Source: Eledone cirrhosa (Eukaryota). Taken from it: a stretch of DNA of 64,000 nucleotides. Shown piece after piece: positions 25,275 through 38,104 of the stretch. The DNA is taken from contig OZ024745.1 in assembly GCA_964016885.1 (NCBI GenBank), positions 131,750,001 through 131,814,000 of the forward strand. The letters run 5' to 3'. A program made the translations under genes and the position numbers. Under the pieces are notes generated by a model. That model did not search any database. It saw only the letters and a list, made by a program, of their open reading frames with translations, and was not told where the DNA came from. Each line of letters opens with the position of its first letter. Positions within the stretch are counted from its first letter, which is position 1.

Positions 25275-25430
25275 GTCACTGTCAGACCCTGGACTGCAGA
25301 CCTCTTCCATAAAATCGGATCAATAGCAGCCCGTCTGAGGAAACAGCCCTGTGAGGTGGGGTGGCTGTTGCAACATGTGGCACTAGCCATTGTCCATGGA
25401 AATACCTCTTACTGGGTCATCGTAGCATGA
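25275..25430 (+). pseudogene. CRE-like non-LTR retrotransposon 3' remnant
   Basis: PWTADLFHKIGS...EVGWLLQHVALAIVHGN. Confidence 0.6.
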
Positions 25431-25749
25431 CCCCCCCCCCCCCCCACATCACTCACCTATATGGTCACCCTCCCATTCAGCTTCCTGTTTACATAACAGC
25501 CAGTCTTCCAATGTCCAATTCACATACCAATATGCACCCACTTGTGCAAGCAGACACACATGAATCCTTACACACTCACAGGCACACACATACACACACA
25601 TGAATACATGTGTGGATATACATGTGCAAAGCTGTCCTAACAATTACACTCCAGCACTCACATACACCCACACACAAAGAAATGGGGCCAATGCTTATAT
25701 ATATACACTCATCATCTCACAAATCAGAACAAATACTTTTTCTGTCACA

Positions 25750-25846
25750 TCACCAACCTGAAGAGCAGATCGAAAATGGATTCGGGTCCATAACTCATAT
25801 TGGTCACCTTCAGCCAATCCTATGCGAAATGTGCATAACAGGTTGA
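25750..25846 (+). ncRNA. Hammerhead-like motif with long stem II region
   Basis: CTGAAGA(25758-64)-gca...tgc-GAAA(25826-29)-tgtgca-TA-acagg; stem I register imperfect. Confidence 0.4.
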
Positions 25847-26041
25847 TACACAATAAAAATCTAATACATGTAATCAAAACTTGCTCGTTTTTTCTCTCAT
25901 ATACACTCTGCCTGTGCATAGAGTGCTTGTTTTGGTACCACCACCAGTAATACACTGAGTCACTTACACTATATATATATTGTTATACTTTGGGAGGGTC
26001 ATGTTGCCAATAAAAACACATGCACCTGTTGTTTATATATT

Positions 26042-26084
26042 GTCAAAGCTCTTTAATCACACATTATGTGATCTCCTCAGTGAC
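26042..26084 (-). ncRNA. Degenerate hammerhead motif with PLE-like tail
   Basis: Minus strand gtca-CTGAGGA-g-atcaca..tgtgat-TAAA-gagc-TT-tgac; tail caacatgaccctccc shared with 33617-33631. Confidence 0.5.
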
Positions 26085-26144
26085 TGATTGCTTATTTTGT
26101 GAGTTGTGTGCTGTGTACTTGGTGTGAGTGTTTTTATTTATATT

Positions 26145-26216
<72 letters not shown>

Positions 26217-26430
26217 AATATTAGACAGGAACAAAAAACAGAGAGGCAGTACAAATATGAGTTTATTAGGTTCACACTTTTGAGAGTGGAGGGTATATAT
26301 ATATATATATATATATGAGGGTGTTAAAGTTTGCTTGAAGCATTGTGAAATGTGTAAAAATACGTATTTAAGAAAGCCACAACAATGCAAAGGGAAATCT
26401 CGAGGTAGGAAGTGAAATATAGATAGGAAA

Positions 26431-26475
<45 letters not shown>

Positions 26476-26479
<4 letters not shown>

Positions 26480-26724
26480 GAGAATGAACTGACAGCTAGC
26501 GCCATCCCACTCCCTCATTCGGCCATTGACTTCTGTGTGGCCGGCCCCATTTCGCGCGCACGCGCGCCCGACCGAATACCTCAGATATTCAAATCATAAA
26601 CAGTGAAAGACGCGTTCCGAATTGTCCGACAGACAACCTTTTCCCCCACCCCGGAAAAAAACCCCCAGTTGATGGATGTGAATCCGAAATATATAGGGAC
26701 TATTAAATCTCTCCCAAGGTAACT
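26476..26724 (+). promoter_or_regulatory. CpG-rich candidate promoter / non-coding first exon
   Basis: Dense CpG (ttcgcgcgcacgcgcgcccgaccg), E2F-like TTTCGCGC at 26550, donor-like AAG|GTAACT after 26718; no TE hallmark seen. Confidence 0.45.
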
Positions 26725-27354
26725 CTCTCTCTCTTGTGTTGTTATTATTATTTTTACCCTTTCACTCTTCCCTTCATTCTACACATCTCACACATCTTAT
26801 ACACACCACGCATCTCAACGTACACCCACTTACATATCTCTCTCTCTCCTACACCGGACCTTGTTACCCGGAGATTTACCCATTTGCATTGTCGAGGCTT
26901 CCAAACGACTCATATATATATATATATATACACATACATATACATACATATACATATATATTTATGCATATATATATGCATATATATATACATATATTTA
27001 TATGCATATATATATATATGCATATATATATATACATATATTTATATGCATATATATATATATGCATATATATATATACATATATATATACATATATATA
27101 TACATATATATATATATGCATATATATATGCATATATATATACATATATATATATATATATTAGGGTGTTCCAGAATCCCACATTTTACACAAAAGTGTT
27201 TTTTTCTTAGCTCCCTATGCATTTTCTCATGCCATTTTGTTTATATATATATATATACATATATGCATATATATATATATGCATATATATACATACATAT
27301 ATATATATGCATATATATAAATATATGCATATATTTATACACAGTATATAAAAA

Positions 27355-27538
27355 CACACAGTCCACACTGTAAATGTGGTTGGTGTTAGGGAGGGCATCC
27401 AGCAATAGAAAACCTGCCAGATACAGTCCTATATGGGCAAGATACGGTCACCTGACCAACCTTGCCTCAAGTGGGACAACTCCCGTCTAACCCATGCTAG
27501 CATGGAAGATAGACTTTAAACAATAATGATGATGATGC
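27355..27538 (+). mobile_element. RTE-tail element
   Basis: Matches LINE 3'UTR 22520-22700. Confidence 0.85.
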
Positions 27539-27652
27539 ATATATATATACACATATATATATGCAAAAACGGAAGTAAAATGATGATGATGATGATACAT
27601 ATACATACATATATATGTGTGTGTGTATATATTTATATATTATATATGCATC

Positions 27653-27838
27653 GTGGATTGGCAGTATCGGTAGAGGATCGGACGCCATGCTTTGCAGCAT
27701 TGAGTTACGGCCCTTGCCATTCTGAGTTCAAATCCTGCCGAGGTTAACTTTGCCTTTCATCCTTACGGGGTCGATAAAATAAAGTACCAGTAATGTACTG
27801 GAATAATTGCTGGCCTTGTTCAAAAGTAGAAACAATTA
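27653..27838 (+). mobile_element. SINE family A
   Basis: Homologous to 19932-20111. Confidence 0.88.
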
Positions 27839-28420
27839 TATATGCAGAAACATACAAACACATAACAAAACAAAAGCCATGAGCAGTTTAGCAAAAAATC
27901 TCTCATTAGCTAAATTTCCAGTAACTTTATATTAAAACACAGCTACAGTCCCTATCCATACATACACACAGAGTACAAACATGTAAAACCTGTTTGAAAT
28001 GTGTAGACAGTACTTACTAAGGTAAACATATATAAACAAACAATGTACTGCACTTATAAGGACAAATACATAAATACTTATTGAAACCCATAAAATGAAA
28101 ACCACAACAAAAACTATACACTGAATCATATAACAGTTTAATATATATATTGTTATGTATAAGGGCAAACATATATAGGAATACACACACATATATATAT
28201 AGACACACACACACACACATATATATATGTATATATATATAGACACACATACACACATATATATATATATATATAGACACATAAATATACACACACACAT
28301 ATATATATACACACATACACACGGATATATATATATATACACACACATACATACACACACACATATATATATACACACACACATACACACACACACATAT
28401 ATATATATATAGACACACAC

Positions 28421-28470
<50 letters not shown>

Positions 28471-28616
28471 GTACAAACACACACACATATATATATACAC
28501 ACACACACACATATATAAACACACACACACACATATATATATACACACACACATATATATATACACACATATATACATACACACACACACATATATATAT
28601 ACACACACACATATCT

Positions 28617-31600
28617 CATCATCATCATCATCGTTTAACATCCATCTTCCACGCTTGCATGGGTTTGGACGGGAGTTTTCCTACTTGAGGCAAGATTGGT
28701 TGTCTTGCTCGTATAGGACTGTCTGGAGGGTTTTCTACGGCTGGGTACCCTTCCTAACACCAACCACGTGGTTTTTTTTTTGTCGTGACACCTACACAAC
28801 ATCATTTGTTTCGGACTGGATATTGTGGTACCAACATAACTTTACATCGAAAGGGGTGGTGTGGATGGGGTGGGGGTGGTCGGACGGGGGTGTATTTTTG
28901 TTAGAGGTGCCTACTGACTGTAGGTTTCGCTTTGTACTTAGGCAAGGCAGGTCTTCTGTATTACTGTGTAGCGCCAAAGATCTTGGTCCAGTTACATTGT
29001 CTTGGAGTGGTGTAAGTGTGTGAGGTCAGAATTTATCAAGTTGTCCCAGGTTTTTCTGGGTCTGCCTACTCCGTGGCTACCGTCTATTTTTATTGCCCTG
29101 CACTTTTTTATACAGCTGTCGTCTTTCATGCGCATCACGTGACCGAACCAACGTAGTCTTCTCTCGAGTAAACAACATCTGATTCCTCTTATTCATAATT
29201 TCTCCCTTAGTTCATTTATGCTTTGCCGTTCACGTATATTACTATTACACATCCAACGGAGCATGCAAGCTTCGTTCCTCTCCAGTCTGCATATATCCTC
29301 TGCACACAATGCCCAAGTCTCACTGCCATGCAACATTGCTGTTCATATGCAGGCATCATACAGCCTGCCTTTCATTTTTAGAGAGAACCCTTTAGCGGCT
29401 AATAGTGGTATAAGCTCTCTGAACTTTTTCCATCCCGTTCTGACTCTAGCTACTGTACTTTCAGAGCACCCTCCCCCACTGTTGATTTTGTCACCCAGGT
29501 AACGGGAGGTGTCCACTATTTCTATAGAACCATCTGTGCAATGGAATGAGCTAGTATTCTCTGGGCACTTGCTGCTACTTATTGCACCAGAGCACCGGCC
29601 ACATATAAAATCTATATTCTTAGTTAGCTTACCTGTGATCCCACTACATCTTTTATGCACCCATACTTTGCATTTGGGACATAAAATGGAGTTTCTGCCT
29701 ACTCCTTTCCTACACACTGAGCATGGCCATTTCCCGGATGGGACCAGTGCCCTATTTTACTTCCTACAAACTAGAACTTTAGTCTTAGACAGGTTAACTT
29801 TAAGGCCTTTTGATTCTAGGCCATGCTTCCATGTTTGGAATTTCTTCTCTAGTTCAGCCATTGATTCGGCTATGAGCATTAGATCATCTGCGTATAGAAG
29901 TTCCCATGGGCAGCAGGTCTTGAACGCCTCTGTTATAGCCTGAAGGGCAATAATAAATAGTAGGGGGCTAAGGACAGAGCCCTGATGAACACCAACTTTT
30001 ACGCTAAACTCTTCACTATATTCGTTGTTAATTCTAACCATGCTGACTGTTTCTTTATACATGGCTTGTATTGCTCTCACAAGCCATTCATCAACACCTA
30101 GTTTTCTAAGGGCCCACCAGATAATCGAGTGGGGTACTCTGTCAAAAGCTTTCTCCAAGTCAACAAAAGCTAAGTATAGGGGTTTACCTCTAGCTAGGTA
30201 CTTCTCCTGTAGTTGTCGTACAACGAAAAGAGCGTCTGTTGTACTTTTACCTGACACGAATCCGAACTGCATTTCGTCTAGATCAATTCGCTCTCTGATT
30301 AGTTGCGCTATTACTTTTTCTGTGACCTTCATGACCTGGTCAATTAATTTAATGCCTCTATAGTTTCCCCTATCTAGGGCATCTCCTTTACCCTTGTAGC
30401 AGTTAATGATGATGCTGCTGCGCCAGTCCTTTGGAACGACCCCATTCTGTATGACTTGGTTTACTATCCGGGTGACCATAGTGTGTCCCACCGTTCCAGA
30501 TGCTTTCAGCATTTCAGCAACTATTTCCGAAGGCCCAGCCGCCTTGCCCGTCTTCATGTCTTTGATTGCCTTACTTATTATACTACCTTCAACTTGCACT
30601 GCTGGTCCCTCTATTGGATCGATGTGGGGGAGACTGTCTTTCTCTCAATTATTCTCCTCATTTAGTAGCCTTTCGTAGTGACACTTCCAAGCTACCTTCT
30701 TATCAGCGTCAGTGATGGCAAGTACACTATCATCATTAAGGACACACTTCTCCCTGACAATATCACGGTTTTCCTTGACACATTGCCTAGCAATCCTGAA
30801 CACCTCACGTTTTTGGTCCTCGCGTTGTAGAACATGCTTGAACTTTCTTTCCTCTGCTTCCCTTCTTGCGAAGTACACTTGTCTCCTAGCTTCCCTCCTG
30901 GCCACTTGATAGTCTTCTTTACTTCCCCCATCCCGCCATGCTTTCCAAGCCTGCTTTTTGGCCTTGATTGACCCCTCCACCTTACTGTTCCACCAACAAG
31001 TTACTCTCCTCCTGCCTATAGGTCTGCTCCAGCCACAGGTTTCATCTGTCACCTTCAGCAGGGTAGCTTTCAGGAATTCCCACTGTTCCTCTATATTATC
31101 TGACTCTAATTGCTCTTCCTTACTATCAAAAGCATCAAGTAATATGCTTTTAAATTTATTACTGGCTGTGGAGTCCTTTAACTTCCATATTTTTCTCCTG
31201 AGGATAGTCCTCTTCTGTTGTCGAGTACGTCTCATCCTGACTATAAGGTCGCTAATTATGAGTCTATGTTGAGAGGTGCATTCTTCATGGGGGAGGGATT
31301 TAGTGTTTACAACAGACACTCTGACACGTCTTCTGGTAAGGATATAATCTACCTGGCTGGTGTGTTCCCCTGATCTATAGGTGATCAAGTGATTGTCTCA
31401 TTTTTTGAAGTTAGTGTTACAGATAGTTAGGTTATTTGCGTCACAGAATTCCAGGATTCTGGAGCCTTCCTCATTCCTAGTACCAAACCCATAGCCTCCA
31501 TGGATTCCGTCATAGCCGTCACAATGTTGTACAATGTGACTATTTAGGTCACCAGCGATAATTATGTAGTCACTGTCGGTTATTTGGGAGGTAGTCTGCA

Positions 31601-31710
31601 TTAACGTCTCATAGAATCTGTCTTTTATAACACCGGACAGTCCGGATTGGGGTGCATATGCAGATATTATTGTCACAGTAGTTCTATTGAGGACAAGTCT
31701 TATTTTAATT
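28617..31710 (-). mobile_element. 5'-truncated RTE-clade LINE: APE endonuclease + RT + Cys-rich insert + 3'UTR, inactivated by four in-frame stops
   Basis: ISAYAPQ, GDLN, TYRSG..SQVDYIL (APE); NYRGIKL, QFGF, FVDLEKAFD, GVHQGSVLSP, LLYADD (RT); the ORF pieces 31398-31829, 30645-31388, 29757-30599 and 29343-29717 share one frame; natural stop at 28938-40; (gat)n tail at 28617. Confidence 0.96.
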
Positions 31711-32414
31711 ATATACACATACATACACATACACACATATATATACACACATATATATATATATACATACACACACACATATATATATATATATATGCAA
31801 AAGTTATATATATATATATATAAAAACACACACTTGATATATGATTATAATACATACACCATAATTATCAAGGCAAACTAAAATATTAAAAACAAAATTA
31901 TAAAGGTAACACCCACACACATACTAACACATACACACACTCACACACACACACACACACTCACACATACACAGAGAGAAGAGAAAAGAAATAAACAAAA
32001 AAAACAAATACAAAAGACTTCAGATTTAGACAAAACACAAACAGAAAAATATTGAAGATCAAAGAAAGTGTCCTCCATAAATACATCGTCTGCATTCCAG
32101 CAGAATTTACAAATATCAATTAGTGGTGTATGAATACTAAAAGCTGAGCAATTTAACTTTCTACACAGAGAGACACACACACACAGCGACACACACACAC
32201 AGAGCGACACAGAGAGACACACACACAGAGCGACACGTACGCACACACGACGACACATACATATAGAGAGGCACATACTCAAAGACAGAGACACACACAC
32301 ACACAGACACAGAGAGAGACACAAACAAACACCCAACTTCTTATAAACATACACATTGTGTGAATAAGACTTCAGAAAGAAAGTACTCAATACTGGAAGT
32401 TAAGTTATATACCG

Positions 32415-32766
32415 TAGCACCCAGTCCACCCTGTAAAGTAGTCATGTAGGTATCATGACAAAAAACACCCAGCCCACACTGTATAGTGGTCATGTTGGTG
32501 TCACAACAAAAAGCACCCAGTACACACTGTAAAGTGGTTGTGTAGGTGTCACAAGTAAAAGCACCCAGTCCACTCTGTAAAGTGGTTGTGTAGGTGTCAT
32601 GACTAAAAGCACGCAGTACACACTGTGAATCAGGTTGGCATTATGAAGGGTATCCAGCTGTAGAAACCAAGCCAGAATCAGTTCTGTATGTGACTTGTTT
32701 CACAATGGGACAACTCATCTAACCCATGCTAGCATGTTGAAATGCATGTTAAACAGTGATGATGAT
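32415..32766 (+). mobile_element. RTE-tail element with ~5 internal repeats
   Basis: Repeated cacactgtaaagtggttgtgtaggtgtca..aaaagcacccag. Confidence 0.85.
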
Positions 32767-32829
32767 ATACTCATATAGAAGTTGAAAAATATGTGACAAA
32801 AAACCTTCGATGGTAAATTGGGGAGGGCA

Positions 32830-33272
32830 AAGGTGACTTATATTCGAGGTCAATAGTTCGCCAATGTTCACCAACTTAAAAATTCTATGTAAATGAGGTG
32901 CTAAAATATTTTCAGCTTAGAGGTGAATATTACACAGGTTTCACTTTCAACGTGAAATTCCTATTTCCTATTGTTTTTTATGCTTTGAATGACTAAAGCC
33001 TTGAAAATGGTCGGAAATTGGTAAAAAAAATCATTACATAATGGACTTGTGAAACAAAAACTATACTCTAAAAAACACTTAAAACATTTTAAATATCAAA
33101 ATATTAAAACTTCATAAATATATTCTCCACTCATGAGAATTCCAAAACTGCATAATCTAAACATAATGTGTTGATTAGATGCCTTGGCTTAAAAAACAGT
33201 ATTTGGAAGTTTGCCTATTTCTCAGACATAAAATAGTGAGGGGAGGGTTTGGCTTATATTTAAGTAAATACA
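32830..33272. mobile_element. Possible Tc1/mariner-pogo non-autonomous remnant
   Basis: gacttatattcgagg internal motif and terminal ggcttatatttaagtaaatac. Confidence 0.35.
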
Positions 33273-33371
33273 ATATATTTCATTGGAAGTTGAAGTTTTA
33301 CAAATTGTTATTCCAGAGTCTCTTATTTTGATCTTTGGACAATCACAAAAAATGGAATATAAATACAATTA

Positions 33372-33492
33372 CTCAAAGTTCTTTCATCCCACATTTCTGT
33401 GACATCTTCAGTGATTATAGAAACTCAATGGGAGGAAACACAGTGATAATCACTGAAGATGTCGCAGAAGTGTGTGATGAAAGAACTTTGAG
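33372..33492. repeat. 47-bp inverted repeat (27-nt spacer); each arm carries a hammerhead-like motif
   Basis: Arms 33372-33418 and 33446-33492 differ at 3 positions; CTGAAGA 33453-59 ... GAAA 33479-82. Confidence 0.85.
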
Positions 33493-33844
33493 AAATTCTA
33501 TTTATAACTGTCGGTTAATAAACATTGGTTGCCAGCTAAATTATTTATAAAAATATATTGAAGGAAAATCCAAATCAAACAGTGAGTGTGTTTTACTATT
33601 TTTTGCAATATTAGGACAACATGACCCTCCCCAAATATAACAATATAAGTAAAAGTCAATTCTTATAAATCAAATATGAAGGGAAGTGGAATATATGAGA
33701 ACACCCTCAATGTCCTGTACTCCATCAAAAGTACAAAGCAACACTATGGTGCTACCCCAGCATGGCCTCAGTCTGTTGGTTGCAACTCATAATAGAGTAT
33801 CTGGCTACCAATAAAAATACTATAAGAATTTGAATTAACAAACT

Positions 33845-34382
33845 TATTCTTTACTGACTTATTCCTGAGAGGGTCATGGGGGCAGAGTCCTCAAACACTC
33901 CTTTGAGCAGGTCCTGTAAGAAGCTATCATTTCCAACTGATCTGGCTGGATCACCAAGTGAGACCAACCAAGCTCATGGATGTTGTCGAACCATCTTTCT
34001 TGGAGTCTACTCCTGGGTCTCCTGCTAGATGGTTTTTGCCTGTAAAATATGTCCAACGATTCTTTTCTGAGACATGCTAAGCACATGCCATTAGTATCAG
34101 AGTTGTGATCTCTCAGTTTGGCGAAGTAGCAACTCTACATGACTCTCTGATCTCTGAGCAACACACTTTATTGAGTAATGTTATGATAAAGATCCTTCAG
34201 AGAAACCTTATTTCAACTGCTTGTACTTGCAATTGTATTCTATTGATCATTACCCAAGTTTCTTGACCATAGGTAAGGGTAGGCATGAAAACAAAATTGA
34301 AGATAGTCAGATTGGCTTTTACATCTACCTTCCTTCTTCTGATTACTGAAGCTGGTGCATTACTGCACCAGCTCCTGCAATT
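33845..34382 (-). mobile_element. RTE family 2, 3' fragment
   Basis: Reverse-homologous to 37480-37780 and 49612-50000 (TYGxESW, RIQAAEMGFLRR, GRP). Confidence 0.8.
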
Positions 34383-35101
34383 AAAAAAGAAATTAAGAAA
34401 TAGGTTTTAGATATTTTCTGCTGAATCGTCCCAGAATGTTAAGAGTTAAAGATAGGTATAGAAGTATATTTAGAGAATGTCATATGTTCATATTTTAGAG
34501 CTTATGAGTCAATGAGGGATTACATATATTTATTATATATCATTTTTATGTTCCAGTTTTCATAAGTGTCCGAAGATAAGAAACAAACAATTGAGAACAA
34601 TAATCTGTGAAGACTCAGCTTCCAATACACATGGTGTAGTTATTCTGAATTCACATTTAGGTTTACACTGCCACAGTGAAGAAATCAGTACAAGAAAGCA
34701 TCAAAGTAAATCTTGCACTGATTGCTGGAGAGATGAAAGTTTAAGATATATATTGGAAGCTATTGAAGTAAAGAAATTGGAAACTAGTGTAAACTAAATA
34801 CTATTGTCTAGTACCAGCTGTTAGCTTCACAGAAACATCAAACATAAAACAAACATGTATACTGACTGCTACAGTCTCAAACGTATCTTATTTTCATGAC
34901 ACATTGCATTTTGTTAAGCTTAAACATTGATATGATGAACAGCACCCAGTCCACCTGGTCATGTCGGTGACATGACAAACAACACCCAGTACACACTGTA
35001 AAGAGGTCATGAAGGTTCCATGACAAGAAGCACCCAGTATACACTATAAAGTGGTCATATAGGTGTGTCACAATAAAAAGCAGCCAGTACACACTGTACA
35101 A

Positions 35102-35750
35102 ACCGTATTTCCAACTCCTCCGGCTTTGTCAGCTCTGTAGCAAGAACCATGATTTTGAGACACAGTCTCTTCAAATGGCTTCCCGCTTCATCCAGCATGG
35201 ATATCCTTCACCCTGATCCAAGATGCCCTCACCCTCACCTGTGAAACCGACTGTATCACAGTGCTCTCACTCCACCACCGCCCTCCTCACCTACCACCCC
35301 ATCACTCTACTTCTCTGGCGACATATTCTTCTTTGTTTCGGCACCCTCTCTTCTGACCCTGTCACTTCTCGCTTTTTTCCAAACCCACCTATTACCCCAT
35401 TTAAGCATGCCTGTAATCTCCATGACCTTCTGGTATGCAGTTCCTTCCCTAGGACTCCACCTGGCTCTCATCCCCACTATAACACCTGTCCCTTCATTTA
35501 TAACCTCACCACTCTCACATGCACCACTGGTTCATTCCATATCTGCCACTCCTTCACCTGCACCTCCACCTATGTAGACTATCACCTCCGGTGTTCCCTT
35601 TGCTGCCCCTTATACATCGAACTCAGTTTGGATACTCCCGTCTCTCATCATTTCCACTCCCAGGTCAATCTTGCCTACGTCCTTTTACATCATGGATCAC
35701 AGACCTCGTACACCAGGACTGAACAGTTTCCTGAATGGACTCAACTCTCC
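35102..35750 (+). pseudogene. Penelope-like element remnant: RT thumb + start of GIY-YIG endonuclease
   Basis: 35103 onward translates PYFQLLRLCQLCS..DFETQSLQMASRFIQHGYP; later TCPFI...FHICHSFTCTSTYVDYHLRCSLCCPLYI. Confidence 0.8.
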
Positions 35751-36209
35751 TCCCCAATTTCTTTAATATTACACACATACATTTGTGCTTCTCCACCTTT
35801 TGCCCATCCATTGTCACACGTGCGTACATTCACCCCTAGATTCCTATGGCTCTCTTATGGTCAGAAACATATACTCTCACAGCTGATACAGACCAACAAA
35901 TTACACACACACACCTCTACATACACACACACACTCCCATACTTTTGCTCACAGCTTCATACTTAGTAACACACACTCTTTTACTTACATATACAAACAC
36001 ATATCCTCATAGCTTCATATGGACATATAATAACATAAACACACACACACATGTATATACATGTACACACGTACAGCTCCATATACAAAACGATTTTTTC
36101 CCGCTTTCAAAAAAAGTATATTATACACAAAAGGCCAAGAAACCTTTTTCCGTTTCTGCCCTGCCCATCCCTTCAATCTTTCTATTTTCTTCTTTAATTT
36201 CTCATTCTA

Positions 36210-36342
36210 TCTTCTGATGAAGGACTGACGTCCAAAAAGTTAAGACTCTTTTCTTACAATAATATAAAGCGTAATACTAATAATATATTCCTTCATTGTA
36301 CTGTGTTGTTTGCTTTGTTATTTCTTATTTCTCTTTTCCTTT
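36210..36342 (+). ncRNA. Degenerate hammerhead in the PLE pseudo-LTR plus tail
   Basis: tctt-CTGATGA(36214-20)-a-ggac-tgac-gtcc-AAAA(for GAAA)-agtt-aaga; co-oriented downstream of the PLE ORF remnant. Confidence 0.6.
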
Positions 36343-36501
36343 GTATATATATGTATATTTATATATATATATAGAGAGAGAAATGGCGTCTACAGGACTA
36401 GAAGCAATTTCTATATTAGATATTGTATATTCTCTACCATGTATTGAGTACATTACTTACTGTAGTTACCCCCGACTGAACTCGGGATCCTCATAGCTAT
36501 G

Positions 36502-36549
<48 letters not shown>

Positions 36550-36671
36550 AGAGCGGAATGTATGAGAATGACATGTGACATGGTCACCTGACTTGTCTAA
36601 TCTCAGAACACAACAACCCATCTAATCCAGACAAGCATGGGAAACATTTGTTAAATGGTGATCATGTATAT

Positions 36672-36766
<95 letters not shown>

Positions 36767-36772
36767 CAGATA
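36672..36772. repeat. (GA)n microsatellite followed by (TA)n
   Basis: Direct reading. Confidence 0.95.
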
Positions 36773-36776
36773 GAGA

Positions 36777-36828
<52 letters not shown>

Positions 36829-36904
36829 GGGTGTCCCCCAAAAAGTATACACACTTCAACAGCATTCTTGTAAGCATATAAACAATATGCCCCCACTCCC
36901 CCCC

Positions 36905-37172
36905 ACCGCAAGGTGGTCGTGGAGGTGCCACGGCAAAAAAGCACCCAGCCCACACTGTAAAGTGGACGTGTAGGCGCCACGAAAAAGCACCCAGCACTCA
37001 CTGTAAATGAGGTTGGTGTTAGGAAGGGCATCCAGCTGTAGAAATCAAGCCAGATCAGTTCCTGTATGAGCAAGGCATGGTCAGCCGACCAGACACTGCC
37101 CACAACAGGACAACCCGTCTAACCCATGCTAGCGTGGAAGAACGGACGTAAAACGGTGATGATGATGATGAT
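36905..37172 (+). mobile_element. RTE-tail element
   Basis: Two internal repeats, ggaagggcatccagc, (gat)n tail. Confidence 0.88.
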
Positions 37173-37474
37173 TGCCTGTACAGTTAACCAAAGTGTGTAT
37201 AGATATTTTGGAGACATGCTGTATATATTGTACACTTAAAAGTCACTATATTTATTGTATTTTGACATATGAGAGCAACAAAGGGTTAATTGCTAGTAAA
37301 TAATGTATGATCTTATGTAACAACTTATGTTACAACTATGTTTGGACAGATAACAAAATATAAATAAAAAATAAAAAACTGATGTAAATGTTGGCTAAAA
37401 ACACTTCAGTGTTATTTATCAATTTTTTTATTTACGTCAGATTTTTCAGTCTTCTCAAGGAAGCTTGCACATTC

Positions 37475-37780
37475 TACATGTGAGTGGAGTTCCACTGAAG
37501 CAAGTAGAGAAGTTCAAGTATCTCGGGTCATGTTTACGAGTGATGGAAAGCAGGAAGCTGAATTAAGTGCAAGAATTGCAGGAGCTGGTGCAGTAATGCA
37601 CCAGTTTCAGCATTCAGTAATCAGAAGAAGGGAAGTAGGTGTAAAAACCAAACTCGCTGTCTTCAATTTGATATTCATACCAACCCATACCTATGGTCAT
37701 GAATCTTGAAAGAATACAATCGCGAATACAAGCAGCCAAAATGGGATTCCTCCGAAGGGTCTTTGGAGTAATGTTATATA
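37475..37780 (+). mobile_element. RTE family 2 fragment
   Basis: LKQVEKFKYLG ... TYGHES ... RIQAAKMGFLRRVFGV. Confidence 0.82.
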
Positions 37781-38104
37781 AATATTTGAGGCAAAGGAAT
37801 TTGTTTCTGCTAGAATAAAAGAGAAAAAAGATACCATGTTCCAAGGAGAAGATGACAAAAGGAGAAGAAAAAATGGGGATGATGAAAAAAAAGGAAAAGG
37901 CTGAGACAACTGTTTTGTTGACTAATTGATTGGAATTGAATAATCTCAGGTGATCAAAGTTTTTCAACTCATTGTATTACATGTGTGAGACCCTGCTGTA
38001 TTTCTGTACACAGCATATATCCACCTCTCCTCTCTAGTAGCTCTGATTTACCCTTCAGGGTGCCGACACTGATGGTGGCAGTCCTGAGTTTTGTTACTTC
38101 TATG

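Noticed and set aside
36466-36500. cccg..cggg hairpin as a Helitron 3' end
   Set aside because: Only a 4-5 bp stem and no clean CTRR|T terminus.
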